DNA from: an uncultured Nitrososphaeraceae archaeon
GTDB taxonomy: Archaea; Thermoproteota; Nitrososphaeria; Nitrososphaerales; Nitrososphaeraceae
Direction: 5' to 3'
DNA: 64,000 bases
Assembly (NCBI GenBank): GCA_963825865.1
Contig: CAWGVG010000021.1
Location: forward strand, 169,709 to 233,708
Position numbers and translations under genes: made by a program. Positions 32,721 to 44,550 of the stretch are shown one piece after another (position 1 is the stretch's first letter; each line of letters opens with the position of its first letter). The notes under the pieces were generated by a model. That model had not been told where the DNA came from. It saw only the letters and a program-made list of their open reading frames with translations, and ran no database searches.

Positions 32721-33086
32721 CTATTTGATAATAATCTCTTTTTCCTTACCATCTTCATCAACTGTGAATACTTTGAGACTTACAGAGGACTTGTGCCTCC
32801 CATACCTATCCAATATGCGGTCATTCATCCGCTTCTTGTATGACTCTATGTATTTCTGTGCCTCTTCCTTTGATTCAAATAATGCCTCTCCTCGGAAGTT
32901 ATTATTCTGATCATAAAGCGCTACCGTGTCCCATTTCTTGCCGTTAGTATTTCGGATTAGTTTCTTTACCGCATATCTTTTAGGGTTTTGTTTAATAATG
33001 ATGGTTGGAGTTGTTGTTGTTCGAGCTGTTGTAGATGTGATTGTTGTAGAAGTTGTTGTACCTGTAGCTGTAGTTGTACCATTCAC
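32721..33086 (-). CDS. hypothetical protein with Thr-rich N-terminus
   Basis: 121-aa ORF with a globular C-terminal part (LFESKEEAQKYI). Confidence 0.55.
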   Translation of the reverse strand: MNGTTTATGTTTSTTITSTTARTTTTPTIIIKQNPKRYAVKKLIRNTNGKKWDTVALYDQNNNFRGEALFESKEEAQKYIESYKKRMNDRILDRYGRHKSSVSLKVFTVDEDGKEKEIIIK

Positions 33087-33791
33087 TCTGATTTAGAAAA
33101 GGGTTCGGTTTCCAAATTTAGACGTTTCTTCTTCCTACTACTATTTGGCCATGTTGTCCAAATCAACATCATCACCAATTACTACAACTGCTGTTGCATT
33201 AGCTGAAAGGTTGTAAAGACTTACGATGAATGATATGTTATTCAACTTAGAAGGAAGGAAGGTACAATTGCCGATTTGAATAGCATAATCAAATGTAATA
33301 CTACTTTCTGAAATCATATTCTCTTCAATCTATCCTATAGTGGTAAGAGATTACTTCTATAAAGGAGCCCTGAAAGTCTAAGGGTAGCTTATGATGATTA
33401 ATATAATAAAAACAATTGATTGATGTCACTTTATCTATAATTTAGTTATAACTGAATCTTACTATTAACAGGTAAATAAGTAATCTAACGATATTTCATA
33501 AATCAGCAGTAACTTACTCAAGTCAAATATATAGTATGATAGTGATACCTGGTAACATATGAACAACACAAAAAGCAAACATCCAAGCCTAACTCAGACC
33601 TTACCTTTCTTTCCTTAATATATAATCTAGTTATAATTGAATGCTACTAATAATAGTTAAATCAATAATTTCACCTCATTTGATAGTATCAATAGTTATA
33701 GCCAATTTGTTAACATTAAATCATACTAGATAAATCAGTATTAACTTCCTCAAGTCAAATATACAGATAACATTGTATAAGAATAGTAATA

Positions 33792-34403
33792 ATGAACAAC
33801 ACAACTACAAAACGAAATCTAGCGTTAGCAGCTGTCTTTATGGCAGCAACACTACTAGTAGGAACAGTAGCAGTAACAACCACAATAGCAACAAGAGAAC
33901 AATCAACAGCATTTGCTTATTCAAAGAAAGGTGCAGACAAGAAAGATGGTGGTGGAAACGGTAACGGTAACACAGTTACCATCGAAGACTGCAAAAACAA
34001 AGGTTCTGCAAGCGGATTTGATACAGCAGTAAACCAAGAATGCGAAAACCTGATATGTACTCACCCAGGCGGGAATGCAACCTGTGTACAAGAAGGAGCA
34101 GTAGCAACAACATCAACACCAACAACACCAGTAAAACTAACTTGCGAACAATGCTTGACAAAGTTCCTTAACGCTGACCAAATATCCTTCCTAACCAGGG
34201 AGACGAATGACTTGGCGTTCTTCTGTGCACGACTATCTGGAACATCAACAGATGAATTGCATGCTATTCTAATAAGAATAGGAGTTTCCGAGACAGGCAG
34301 CAGCTCAGCTAATTCAATGTCTAATAGATGCTGGATAACCGTTTGGTACTGGTTCTGGATAAGTAGTAGTCTAATAAAAGTAGTAGTGGTAACCGTACAA
34401 TAG
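33792..34403 (+). CDS. secreted Cys-containing hypothetical protein (3' end probably frameshifted)
   Basis: signal peptide KRNLALAAVFMAATLLVG..AFA; CKNKGSASGFD..QECENLICTHP; TCEQC. Confidence 0.7.
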   Translation: MNNTTTKRNLALAAVFMAATLLVGTVAVTTTIATREQSTAFAYSKKGADKKDGGGNGNGNTVTIEDCKNKGSASGFDTAVNQECENLICTHPGGNATCVQEGAVATTSTPTTPVKLTCEQCLTKFLNADQISFLTRETNDLAFFCARLSGTSTDELHAILIRIGVSETGSSSANSMSNRCWITVWYWFWISSSLIKVVVVTVQ

Positions 34404-35304
34404 AAAAAACGTCCTTCCCTTCTATTTTTTATATTGATTATTCCAGTCAAAAGAAACTTTTGATTACTCATAGCTAATCTATGCCTGGTTGTAAGCTACC
34501 TGTTTGAACACGGAAATCATGAATCTCCATCTGTAGTAGATTCATTACAAGAATCACATACTGCCACCAATCTTTCCAAGGCGTCTGCTATTCTCCCCAA
34601 TTCATGCAGTAAGTCAGACTTGAATTTACGTTGCTGGATGTCTGTGTTTATATTATTACGCATCACTATTTCAAATCCTCTGTTTTCAATCTATGGAAAG
34701 GATCGTATATCTCATAACATCTTTTGCACAGGTGCAGAATATTTCCAAAATCTGTATAGACTTTTAGTTAAGCTTTACGGTTACAAAGCCAGTAACAAGA
34801 AATAGAAGAAACAGGAGGAGGAGTACTACTAGTATCATTATCATCAAGGACATTAGATTGGTTACCGCCGGATGACGACCATTGGATTAGAAGAGTTAAT
34901 CATGTAACACTCTTAAAGTGATTATGGTCTCATTGAGTAACGTTTCACTATTTTCAACATTGTAGTCATATCAGGGATTTCGTTTGTCTGATGCTGGTCC
35001 TTGTTGAGATTCTTGGCTCATTTATCAAATCAAAACTCCCATTCTAAGGTAGCCAGTTTCCCTCAACTTTTGCCTGTTGAATTCCCGTTCTTCCTCTTGC
35101 ATTAACACCACTTGAAATTTGAATTCGTCTTTCTCTTCTTGTTCTGTCATTTTAATAGTCATGTTGTCAGTTCACCACCTTTTTTGTAACGAGTATCTGC
35201 AAAGTGTCTACATGAACGATATCATATTCCGCTGACACAGATTGAAACGCAGATACAACAACAACAACAACAGGCCCAACTGCAGGGAAAAAATGTAAGA
35301 GGCA

Positions 35305-35530
35305 TAGCAATATGATAGCTTTTACGTTTTGTTTCATTCTTATACTGATATCTCCGATAGCTGTCAATATCCATATGTCTACCTCTGTATCAGCCCAGGC
35401 AGCAAATTGTAAAAGATAATTCGTCCATTTTAATTCAGAAAGGTGTTGATCTTCTCTATAATCAAGGCAACAATACAGAAGCCATCAAATATTTTGATAA
35501 CATTCTAGCATTGCATTTTAACAATTGGTG
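35305..35530 (+). pseudogene. TPR protein fragment
   Basis: IQKGVDLLYNQGNNTEAIKYFDNILAL, a TPR-like helix pair after a broken signal-peptide-like stretch. Confidence 0.45.
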
Positions 35531-36126
35531 AGGATCATTCGGGTTTATCTACTCTTCCAACGAATCCATAGGTAAATATTCCAAATCCTGCTAACATGAC
35601 GACAACAAAGACTATTTCTAAGTCGATAGGTGATATGTTTTTGATTTGAGATTGCTTTTTGGAAATCCAAACGAGAGATCAAATATTAACCTTTTTAGAG
35701 GGAAAGATCAAAAGCGCTGAAGAAGATTGCGATGGACTATGGATTACTACTTGGAATCATTATTTGAGCCATTTAAACAACATTGTATTCACGTGAGAAT
35801 TTCGGGTATTCCTTGTAAACTGATGTGTCGAATAACTACGACTGGAAATAATAGCCGATTGATCTTTGTCTTGTTACTTCATCTTGTTGATGAACATATT
35901 ATAGAGGGACGCTTTTAGAAAGAGTTCGTTTATTATGTTCTCCCATTTCAATGATATAACATATTCACCAAACGTTCTCTTTATAGAGGAAAATGTCGAT
36001 TCAGCTATTATATTTTTTGTGAAAACAAACAGAGAGAGAGACTACCCACCATATAATATTATTTGATTTGGCGGACCAATCATTTGGCCATAATGGCCAA
36101 TTGCGCTTTAATGACTGATTCAGCTT

Positions 36127-36444
36127 TCAGACTCCTATATGTTTTCTAAGCACGTCTTCATCTGATGATGATGCTCCACTACCGCCGCCGCCATCATCTG
36201 ATTCTAATAATAATAATTGTTTTTCACTAATTTCGAAATGCTTTTCACATAACCAAATCATAGAAACAGATGGCTCATTACCTATGCACATTTTTCCATC
36301 TTTATTCAGAAAAACTCCATATTTACCACGCTCTTTGTTTTTATTGCTACAAATATCGCAGTATACGGGATCAGCGATCTTACAATCAGGTCTATTTTCT
36401 ACTTCTTTTTTTAGATCTTCTCCACCAAAGTCAGGACATACCAA
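36127..36444 (-). CDS. hypothetical Cys-rich protein
   Basis: YCDIC...WLCEKH Zn-binding-like pattern. Confidence 0.5.
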   Translation of the reverse strand: MVCPDFGGEDLKKEVENRPDCKIADPVYCDICSNKNKERGKYGVFLNKDGKMCIGNEPSVSMIWLCEKHFEISEKQLLLLESDDGGGGSGASSSDEDVLRKHIGV

Positions 36445-36730
36445 TTCAACAAAAAGTTATCAATTTATGGTAAACATTATCTTGGATTGCCTAGTTAGTC
36501 TAGGAGCGGGTCTCAATATCATACATTGTCTTCAGCTGTAGGTGCGTCTGCAGTAGTAGTAGGAGAAGTTAGCCTTACGATCTCTGCCTTATGGAGTTCA
36601 GGATCCTTGAACTTGCAGTGCTGCTCTACGGAACTTAGATCGATGAGTGGCCGATCCTTTGGATGCATCTTGCAGTAATACCATACTAGGCCATATTCCA
36701 CCTTCGAACCAAGTTGTCAAATTGTAAATC

Positions 36731-37048
36731 TCAGAATTTTTGAATGATTTGATGTCTAAAGTATAACATATTACACATATTATACATTAATCGTTCATAG
36801 TCAAGGTTTTTCGATTCGGCTAATGCTTCAGAGAAATTCCAAGAATTCATTGCTAATTGATTATAATATGGCGTAGCTTTCGATGTAGCATCAATTTTCT
36901 GCTTTGATTGTTCGACAAATTCTTCCCTCCTTTTGAAAACCCAATCGCGAAATGATTCAATCAAAACCACAGCAAGACCTGTTGATGCAATAGCTCCTAG
37001 AACTCCTACAAATAATTGCCAAGCAGTGATTACACCCGATTCTGCCAT
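36731..37048 (-). pseudogene. membrane-anchored hypothetical protein, probably truncated
   Basis: N-terminal TM helix then helical domain; abuts an unrelated fragment (36519-36701). Confidence 0.4.
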
Positions 37049-38380
37049 CTGGCCTGATGAACATTACTGTCAGAGATTTATAGACATCTTCAGCTATAGC
37101 TTTTCGTCCGACGATATGATACAGTTTAGAAAATTACTTTATCAGACGTTAATGCGACAGAACCTCAAATAATAATAATAATAATGATAATAGTGGCCTT
37201 GTTGTTCTTCCATCATCAAATGATCGTAAAGAGATCTATGATGCAGAAAATCCACCACTAGATGACATTGATAAAAGCAGTTATGTATATGGTCTATGGT
37301 GTATGAAATACAACCCGCTACATAATCACGGGTGTGAATGTGAATTTAAGTTTTAGTCTGCAGTTATATTATTACCATTGTCATAGTTAAGTATGAACCA
37401 TTCTCTAGTTTGTACATTACAAGATACATCACCCCATTTTTTAAGCGATTAAGTTGATTATCTAGTAGAGATACAAACTATACTGAGGATATTTTTCTTT
37501 AGCACGTTGTGTTATATCCGCAATCCTTCCATGTCCACCTATATCTTTCATAACCTGCAAAACTTTCGATTGTGACATTTATTATATTATTATTCAGGAT
37601 ATATTATAAAAAAAGCTATATCCATCTTGTTTTGATACAGAATTATTTGGCTTTAATCGAGCAAGATCAGCCTAAACAAGAACAGACACAACAACAAGAA
37701 CAGATAAAACCAAAAGAGAATAGTAAACCAGAGCAACCTTTTATCGTGGCCTAGCATGTTTCGATACATTGTGGGAAGCGGTGCAGTACCAAAGGAAGTA
37801 TGAAGATAGATTAATTAAAAGTCATCTGCGAGAGAATAAAGGTCATCATAATAATAATAAAAGTGGCCGTGCGCATAATGAGGTGAAGCTTTTTGTGGAA
37901 CATTCGATTCCTTCCATGTATCAATACAAGTCATTAGGTGGATAAATAGATAATTATATAAATATCCAACTCTTTGTTAAGCATACTTTTTGAATAGGCT
38001 TAACTCCAGCTAACCAAATTTGATCACAAATATAATAACTCAATATCTATTCAACTTATATAGTACACAAGTCTGAGCACACAGTTTTGGTATGACCGGC
38101 GAATGCATCTGCACCATTGTTCGTTTCATTCAGATTATAAAATTTCATATTCCTGGTTGATATCAGTATAACAGTGCTTACCAAATAATTTACTACAACA
38201 CATATCCAGAGATTATCACTAACGTGGGAATGTTACAGCTTCTTTAGAATGGTAGGTGTGGCTGGATAGTTTCTTTTTTAGTGGTAATAATGATATTAAC
38301 AATAATGGGTATATATTATGGAGGCAGACTCTTTGCATTGTCAATGTTTTTAGGGTACGTCGTATATCAGATATTTTACT

Positions 38381-39496
38381 ATGACCATGCCCAAAGGTTT
38401 CAAGCCAAAAGTTAACAAAAAAGAAAAAGGAGAAAAGTCTAAAAGTGTTACAGCTAAAGAAGATAATAATAACAATATAGATTCAAATGACATTAAAGTC
38501 ACCGCAGCAACAGCTGATGATTTTATGAATAAACAAGAAAATAAAATAATAACTGATAATATCTCTCCCAATCAAGAAGTAACTGTAGACGATATAAGAG
38601 TCGATGAAGATGCCGCTATTATTACTGCTGTTACCACTACCCCTACACAGGAAGGAGAAGTTCAATCAGAAACTGAATTAAAAGTACCGCTACAAGAAAA
38701 AGAAAAAGAAGTTCAATCAGAAACTGAATTAAAAGTAATGTCTTCTCCCTCATCCTCCGCTTTTGCAGAAGCAACTGATCCACCTACGATGTCATCATCA
38801 ACAAAACCGATAGAAGATTATCCAGAGAACAAAGAGGAAAAGGAGAAAGAACAAATGCAAAATATAACAGCTAATAGAGTATTAGATGAGGCGAAAGATA
38901 ACCTTAGAAGGTGTATAGATGAAGCAAGAAAAGAGGTTCCACGATATACCCAAGCAGTTAATGACTATCAAGAACAAACAATTCAAGCTGTTAATGAAAT
39001 AGCAGACAATTATATAGAATCACAAAAGGAGATTATTAATTCACTTCAATCAACCTGGTGGATCCCATATGTAGAAAACATATATGAAGTATATAGCAAT
39101 TGGCTGGCTCCGAGAAGAGTGGCTGAAATGTATATTAATACGGTTAGCAACTTCGCTGGCAATATAATCGCAGTAACTAGATTAGCAAATAATATGATGT
39201 TTGCAAACATGGAAGCATTTAAGACTTCAATGCAGCAAGCAAAAGACAATGCAAAGGAATTGTCTAGAATAGGTGTAAATGCTGCAAGATCCTTTGAACA
39301 AACATCATCATCATCATCATCAACACATCAAGAGATACTACTATTACAACAACAACTAACTCCCCACCATAGAAGAAGAATAGAAGTAATTGCAATTGCA
39401 AGAGAAATCACAATGATATTCATGCACTGGTCAGCTCAAGGCGATCTCAATACTATAATAAACAAGATTAAGGCTGTGTTAGCACAGGCTAAATGA
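38381..39496 (+). CDS. protein with acidic low-complexity N-terminus and helical, phasin-like C-terminal domain
   Basis: internal duplicate EVQSETELKV; amphipathic helical region ANRVLDEAKDN...AARSFEQ. Confidence 0.7.
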   Translation: MTMPKGFKPKVNKKEKGEKSKSVTAKEDNNNNIDSNDIKVTAATADDFMNKQENKIITDNISPNQEVTVDDIRVDEDAAIITAVTTTPTQEGEVQSETELKVPLQEKEKEVQSETELKVMSSPSSSAFAEATDPPTMSSSTKPIEDYPENKEEKEKEQMQNITANRVLDEAKDNLRRCIDEARKEVPRYTQAVNDYQEQTIQAVNEIADNYIESQKEIINSLQSTWWIPYVENIYEVYSNWLAPRRVAEMYINTVSNFAGNIIAVTRLANNMMFANMEAFKTSMQQAKDNAKELSRIGVNAARSFEQTSSSSSSTHQEILLLQQQLTPHHRRRIEVIAIAREITMIFMHWSAQGDLNTIINKIKAVLAQAK

Positions 39497-39634
39497 GAAT
39501 ATAATGTGTATAAAAAAACTACAAATTGCAATTTTCTCTTCCCCATTCTTTTTCTACCAATCCGTGATCATAGTTTTTTTCATATAATCATAAAAGTTCA
39601 AAACCTATTAAAGCAATAAAGACTCTCTACAGCA

Positions 39635-39781
39635 ATGTCATATCAGTGTCCTGTCTGCGGCGATGATTTAATGGAATACGCAGTTTTTAGCGAGTTTCGT
39701 GATAGTAATGGGTGGTATTGTAATCGTTGTAGGAAATTCTATAGTACAAAAAAAATTAAGAGAATAATATCCAGTGTTTAA
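39635..39781 (+). CDS. 48-aa zinc-finger microprotein (below the ORF-track cutoff)
   Basis: MSYQCPVCGDDLMEYAVFSEFRDSNGWYCNRCRKFYSTKKIKRIISSV; TATA-like TATTAAAG about 25 bp upstream. Confidence 0.65.
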   Translation: MSYQCPVCGDDLMEYAVFSEFRDSNGWYCNRCRKFYSTKKIKRIISSV

Positions 39782-40550
39782 AATGTTAGTATTAATATTC
39801 GCTTTCTTCATTTCTAGCAGGTAATATAAGACCTACTTAGAAATGGAAAGTCGTTTGAAGAAAGATCTGCGGTAACAGCAATAACTCATTCAAAAGGCCC
39901 TTTGTTAAATAATAGCTCTGCTTCCATTTCCATTTCTTTTAATAGAAATAACAGTCTAATGGTTGGAACAACAATATATCACTTTAAAGAAATTGTGGTC
40001 AAGTATATCCATGAGCATAATACTACGAAAAAATTATTAACAAAAGAAATTGGTAAAATTTAATATATTACCGATAAAGTAACTAATTTCCAAGACACTA
40101 TACACTATATATAACCTGCAAACCTAATAGCATTATCAACCACTGTAACATTTGTAAGAAAATTAACTTCATTGAATAACATTCTGTAGATAATGGCAAG
40201 GCTTGTTTCTCTTCTCTTTTTATCTTCAGTGGTTTTGTGCAATAGTCCATGCTTCTTTCAGTATTCTATGAAAAAACTAACCAAAACATTTCTCAACTTC
40301 AAATACATCAGAAACATCAAACAACTAATTTCACCATTTTATTGTTTGATTCGGTGATCTTTAATTTTTGAAACTAAAAAAAAGCGTGATATTATCATAG
40401 GGTTTTCTTATTTACATTTTCATTATCCTTATTCTGTATTGATTACACAAGATCATCATTAGATTAACTAATTTGGCTAGAGCCAGGAGTATCAGCACCA
40501 TCACAAAGTTGTAAATAGATTCAAGTCAGTAAAATGTACATATATCAAGA

Positions 40551-40811
40551 TTATGTTAACTTCTTCCGCTCAATGATGTTTCTAGTCAAATCTCTTGCAC
40601 TTAGCAACCTTTTAGACTCGAAACCGCAAAAGCAACAGAAATAATAGACCGAGCAATGCATGAAATCAATTTCAGAAGCACAGGATGTTAAATCTGGAAC
40701 AAGCGCGGCCTGTTTTATACTGTGCTTTTTGCAGTGCGGACAAACAAAGCCGTGTCTTACAATCAATCTGCTCATTTTAGCAAATATGTCATAGTCCTTG
40801 TTCGAAAACAT
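40551..40811 (-). CDS. small Zn-ribbon protein
   Basis: CPHC...CCFCGF. Confidence 0.6.
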   Translation of the reverse strand: MFSNKDYDIFAKMSRLIVRHGFVCPHCKKHSIKQAALVPDLTSCASEIDFMHCSVYYFCCFCGFESKRLLSARDLTRNIIERKKLT

Positions 40812-41151
40812 TAGGTTACATTCCCATCTTCAAAACCAGCAGAATATACTATTATTACTTTGTTGTAGATAATATACAGTTCTTAATCTATTATAATATA
40901 CGTTGTCTACAATTATAGTATAAAAAAAGGAAACGATATCACTGCTAAGAGCATAATTTCAAAGCTTATGAAGTTGCAGAGATGAACAAGACGTAGACAC
41001 GAAAATTCAGACTTTTATATCATACAAATTCAATACTTCCAATACTTCCTAAATCGCAAAAGCTAAAGATACCATCATTACTTACGGATGGTGTTATTAC
41101 ACTTCTTTTTCTTCTTATCCTGTTTTTATTGAGATTAGGGTTAGACCTTCT

Positions 41152-41508
41152 TCATGCTTTAATATCAGTAGTAGCTATCGTAATTTCTAAAGTAACCTTA
41201 TTTCCTATTTTTATACCAAGTTCTTCATATTCTCTTGTATTCATCTTAAAGGTGGTTGATTCTGGTGATACATTATTCCTACTGCCACCAAACGCACGTT
41301 CTATTGCATCAGATATTTTCTTTGGTAAATTCTTCAAATCGTCTAATGAAGTAATAGGTATGGATGCTACTCCAAAAGGATTTTCTGGGAATCCTTGTTG
41401 CCTTCTAGTGGGAGTAAAATTACCTCTAGTATCAGTCAATACAACATAAACATAAGGACTGCCATCTTGAGAAGTATCAATTTTCGAGACGATAAACTCT
41501 TTTTTCAT
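41152..41508 (-). CDS. conserved hypothetical protein, possibly arcadin-1-like beta-barrel
   Basis: FIVSKIDTSQDGSPYVYVVL N-terminus and EYEELGIKIGNKVTLEI C-terminus. Confidence 0.65.
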   Translation of the reverse strand: MKKEFIVSKIDTSQDGSPYVYVVLTDTRGNFTPTRRQQGFPENPFGVASIPITSLDDLKNLPKKISDAIERAFGGSRNNVSPESTTFKMNTREYEELGIKIGNKVTLEITIATTDIKA

Positions 41509-42220
41509 AATATACGATGATTTACTCAGTTACACAAATATAGACCTAGTCCTTCTATTTATTTGATCTTTAAGCCTCTTCCAGCATCTACTTCTTTAGA
41601 AAAGATTCTCATAACCATTGTTGCTGATTAATTTGTATATCTTCAAATATTGTTTGCATATTTCATTCATTCATTTTCTCTTTACTTTTAATAAACTCCT
41701 TGTATACCACATTCATCCTTTCGGTGATTTTACTAGATCATTGTATAACCCGTTATACCTTTGTATATTTTAAATATAATCTCGGCATAGATGGATTAAT
41801 CCTTTCAAAATATGCTTAAAAATTCACGATATATGTCACAAATCCATGTTATTTGACAATAATGTAATGCCAATGGCTACACTTGTGGATTAGGTCTATT
41901 AGATTGGACTGAGATGGTTTCGTAGAACAAATCCAGAACAACAACAACGTCGTGATGCAATAAATCGGACGTTCAGAAATATCTAATCCTATTGCTTCCA
42001 ATTCTGTTCCTTTGTAGTATCGTTACCAATAGTCGGTGGCATCACCCAATGGTCTATTATTTTTTGAATTTGATTTCTGTTGTATTTGTAGAAAATAGAT
42101 AATAAAATATATACAATATCCATATTACCTTCTATCAAATAAATAAATTTTATTTAAAATAAGTTAGTTCAAATCTTAAATAGTATGGTACGTAATAACT
42201 CTTTTGTATATCAATAAAAA

Positions 42221-43258
42221 TTGGACGATTCTAATACCTCAAAAGAGGCTACTAATAACAATGAGGATTTAAAGCATTCAACACGAGCTAAATCTTATGC
42301 TAATTTAATAAATGAAGGCATACTGGAAGGTCAAAAGATTGCCAAAGTTTCTATTGTAACTCTAATAAGTATAGGTATTGTGGAACTTCTAATTGGACAT
42401 GTAAGTGGTAGTGTGGTTGCTACTGCAGATGGAATAGATTCATTATCTGACGCCATGATATCGTTTATCGTATTATTAGGACTGCGAATTGCACACAGAC
42501 CCGCCGATAAGACATTCCATTTTGGTTACCATAAAGTAGAGAGCTTTGCAGCATTGATGGCTGCTATAGGGATGGTGATAATAGGATCTGTTATCCTTTA
42601 TCATTCTTACCAGGTATTAACACATCCAAGGGAAATTCAGCAGCCAATTTTAACTATGATAGTATTAGCGGCTGCTGGTGCAGTATCATTACATAGAGCA
42701 TTTCAGATGAGAAAAATTGCAAATAAATACGATATACTTTCACTAAAGACAGATGCCAAGAACTCAATAAAAGATGGTTCAGCTTCAGTTATTGGTTTCT
42801 TTAGTGTATTAGTCGCTTCACAATTTGGCTTTCTACAAGCTGATGCTATAGGTGGTATTATAATTGCGGGATATATTTTCTCAGTCTCATATGTTTCACT
42901 TAAACGATCTTCTCTTATCCTAGTAGATTCTTGGCAAAATCCAGAAGCTACAGATATTGTTAGGAAAAGCATTGAGGGGAAGTTTGGCTATGTACAGATT
43001 AAAGTTAGATCAGTCCTATTACGTCCTACAGGGATAGTATCTCAAGCGGAAGTCCATATAGAAGTAGATGGTAGCAAACCATTAACAGATGTAGAATTGT
43101 TGTCTTCAGAGATAGAGATGGAAATTCGCTCTAAGATTCCAACCATACAGAGAGTTTCAGTTGTTCCTCACTCCCTCAAAACATCATCATTACCATCATC
43201 ATTACCAAAATCTACCCCATGGAGAAAGTGGAGCGGTATCTTTATTAATAAAAAATAA
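42221..43258 (+). CDS. cation diffusion facilitator family transporter
   Basis: SGSVVATADGIDSLSD, RPADKTFHFGYHKVE, six TM helices plus C-terminal dimerisation domain. Confidence 0.92.
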   Translation: MDDSNTSKEATNNNEDLKHSTRAKSYANLINEGILEGQKIAKVSIVTLISIGIVELLIGHVSGSVVATADGIDSLSDAMISFIVLLGLRIAHRPADKTFHFGYHKVESFAALMAAIGMVIIGSVILYHSYQVLTHPREIQQPILTMIVLAAAGAVSLHRAFQMRKIANKYDILSLKTDAKNSIKDGSASVIGFFSVLVASQFGFLQADAIGGIIIAGYIFSVSYVSLKRSSLILVDSWQNPEATDIVRKSIEGKFGYVQIKVRSVLLRPTGIVSQAEVHIEVDGSKPLTDVELLSSEIEMEIRSKIPTIQRVSVVPHSLKTSSLPSSLPKSTPWRKWSGIFINKK

Positions 43259-43680
43259 GAAACATGTTAGAACGGTGTTGTTATTAGAACCATTATTTTC
43301 CTTTGTATTATTGTCATCATCTTGTCAGTTCTTATAACCAAAGTCATAATTAGTATTTTGATATAAATGGTAAGAAATGGAGTATACAGGAAGAGCAACC
43401 TTTGAACCAGGATGGAGTTGGTAAAAATGTGTAAAGCCAGTAGTCAAAACCAATAGATGCAATGCTCCAGCAGATAGACATTATCTTACACATTATAATC
43501 AAAGCTGCTCAAATGTAAAGTTGCTCGTCAGGTCAAATGGACGAAAGATTGGGTTCGTTATGGCATATACTGGTTATTTAAAGACAAATCAACTAACAAT
43601 TCTTACTTAATCCTCAACGCATTGAGCTTGATAATGATTATCCTGAGAAATTTATTAAATATAGTAGATGTATAATAATA

Positions 43681-44064
43681 ATGATGGATTTCAAAAAAAT
43701 AGATTACAAAAAGCTGTATGATGATATTATTAATGCCGATCCAAAGATTAGGTTAATTACTATATGCGATTTGAATGGTAGAGTGATGTACTCAGAACAC
43801 CGAGAAGGTGTAACAAATCTACTGACACCAGAAGAAAGCAAACAGTCACTTGAACTAGCTGTAAATTCATGGAAAATACGCAGCAAACTTGCACCAAAGA
43901 TTGGAAAAGGAAAATATGTTTTGGTAGAATATGAAAAGATTAAACGTATCACTATGCCCTTAAAAGATGACCATCTCCTCTATATAACTACAGAAGTAGA
44001 AGCTGATCATTCAAATATTATTCATAGGATTGATGAGCTAGTAATACGAAAGTTGCTGCTTTGA
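43681..44064 (+). CDS. roadblock/profilin-like hypothetical protein (DUF6659-like)
   Basis: DPKIRLITICDLNG, LLTPEE, IGKGKYVLVEYEKIKRITMP. Confidence 0.7.
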   Translation: MMDFKKIDYKKLYDDIINADPKIRLITICDLNGRVMYSEHREGVTNLLTPEESKQSLELAVNSWKIRSKLAPKIGKGKYVLVEYEKIKRITMPLKDDHLLYITTEVEADHSNIIHRIDELVIRKLLL

Positions 44065-44241
44065 AACTTGCAAATATGTTTAAACAAAAGTTAAGGTGAG
44101 ATTCTGTTGCTAACAACATTATAGATTATATAAGAATATAACAGGTGATCCTAAAATGGTCTTCGCTGATTAGTAAAATGTGATTTAACTCCACCGTAAC
44201 AAGGTCTATTTTATCAAAAATAGAATCACTTGGTTATATCA

Positions 44242-44550
44242 TTAACCAAGTCCCTTTAGGTACCCATCTTGTTCTAACTTATCTGCATGAGCTGCAATAT
44301 ATCGCCATACAATATCGGCCTTATCAGACTGGAAGTCCCATGGAGCAATTAATACTAAATCGTTATCTCTGATCCACATTCTTCGTTTAATCTTTCCACG
44401 AATGCGGCATGTCCTTATCTTACCATCGGTACACTTTACAATTATATTATCACCCCCTACGAGTTTGATAACACGGCCAAGCAATTCGCCTTTCTGTGGC
44501 ATGACCAATTCTTTTAGTGCCACTTCGCTCAATACTTTTCTTTTGCCTAA
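44242..44550 (-). CDS. eif1a: translation initiation factor aIF-1A
   Basis: VKCTDGKIRTCRIRGKIKRRMWIR..DLVLIAPWDFQ..ADIVWRY; start uncertain (44532 or 44550). Confidence 0.96.
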   Translation of the reverse strand, partial: LGKRKVLSEVALKELVMPQKGELLGRVIKLVGGDNIIVKCTDGKIRTCRIRGKIKRRMWIRDNDLVLIAPWDFQSDKADIVWRYIAAHADKLEQDGYLKGLG

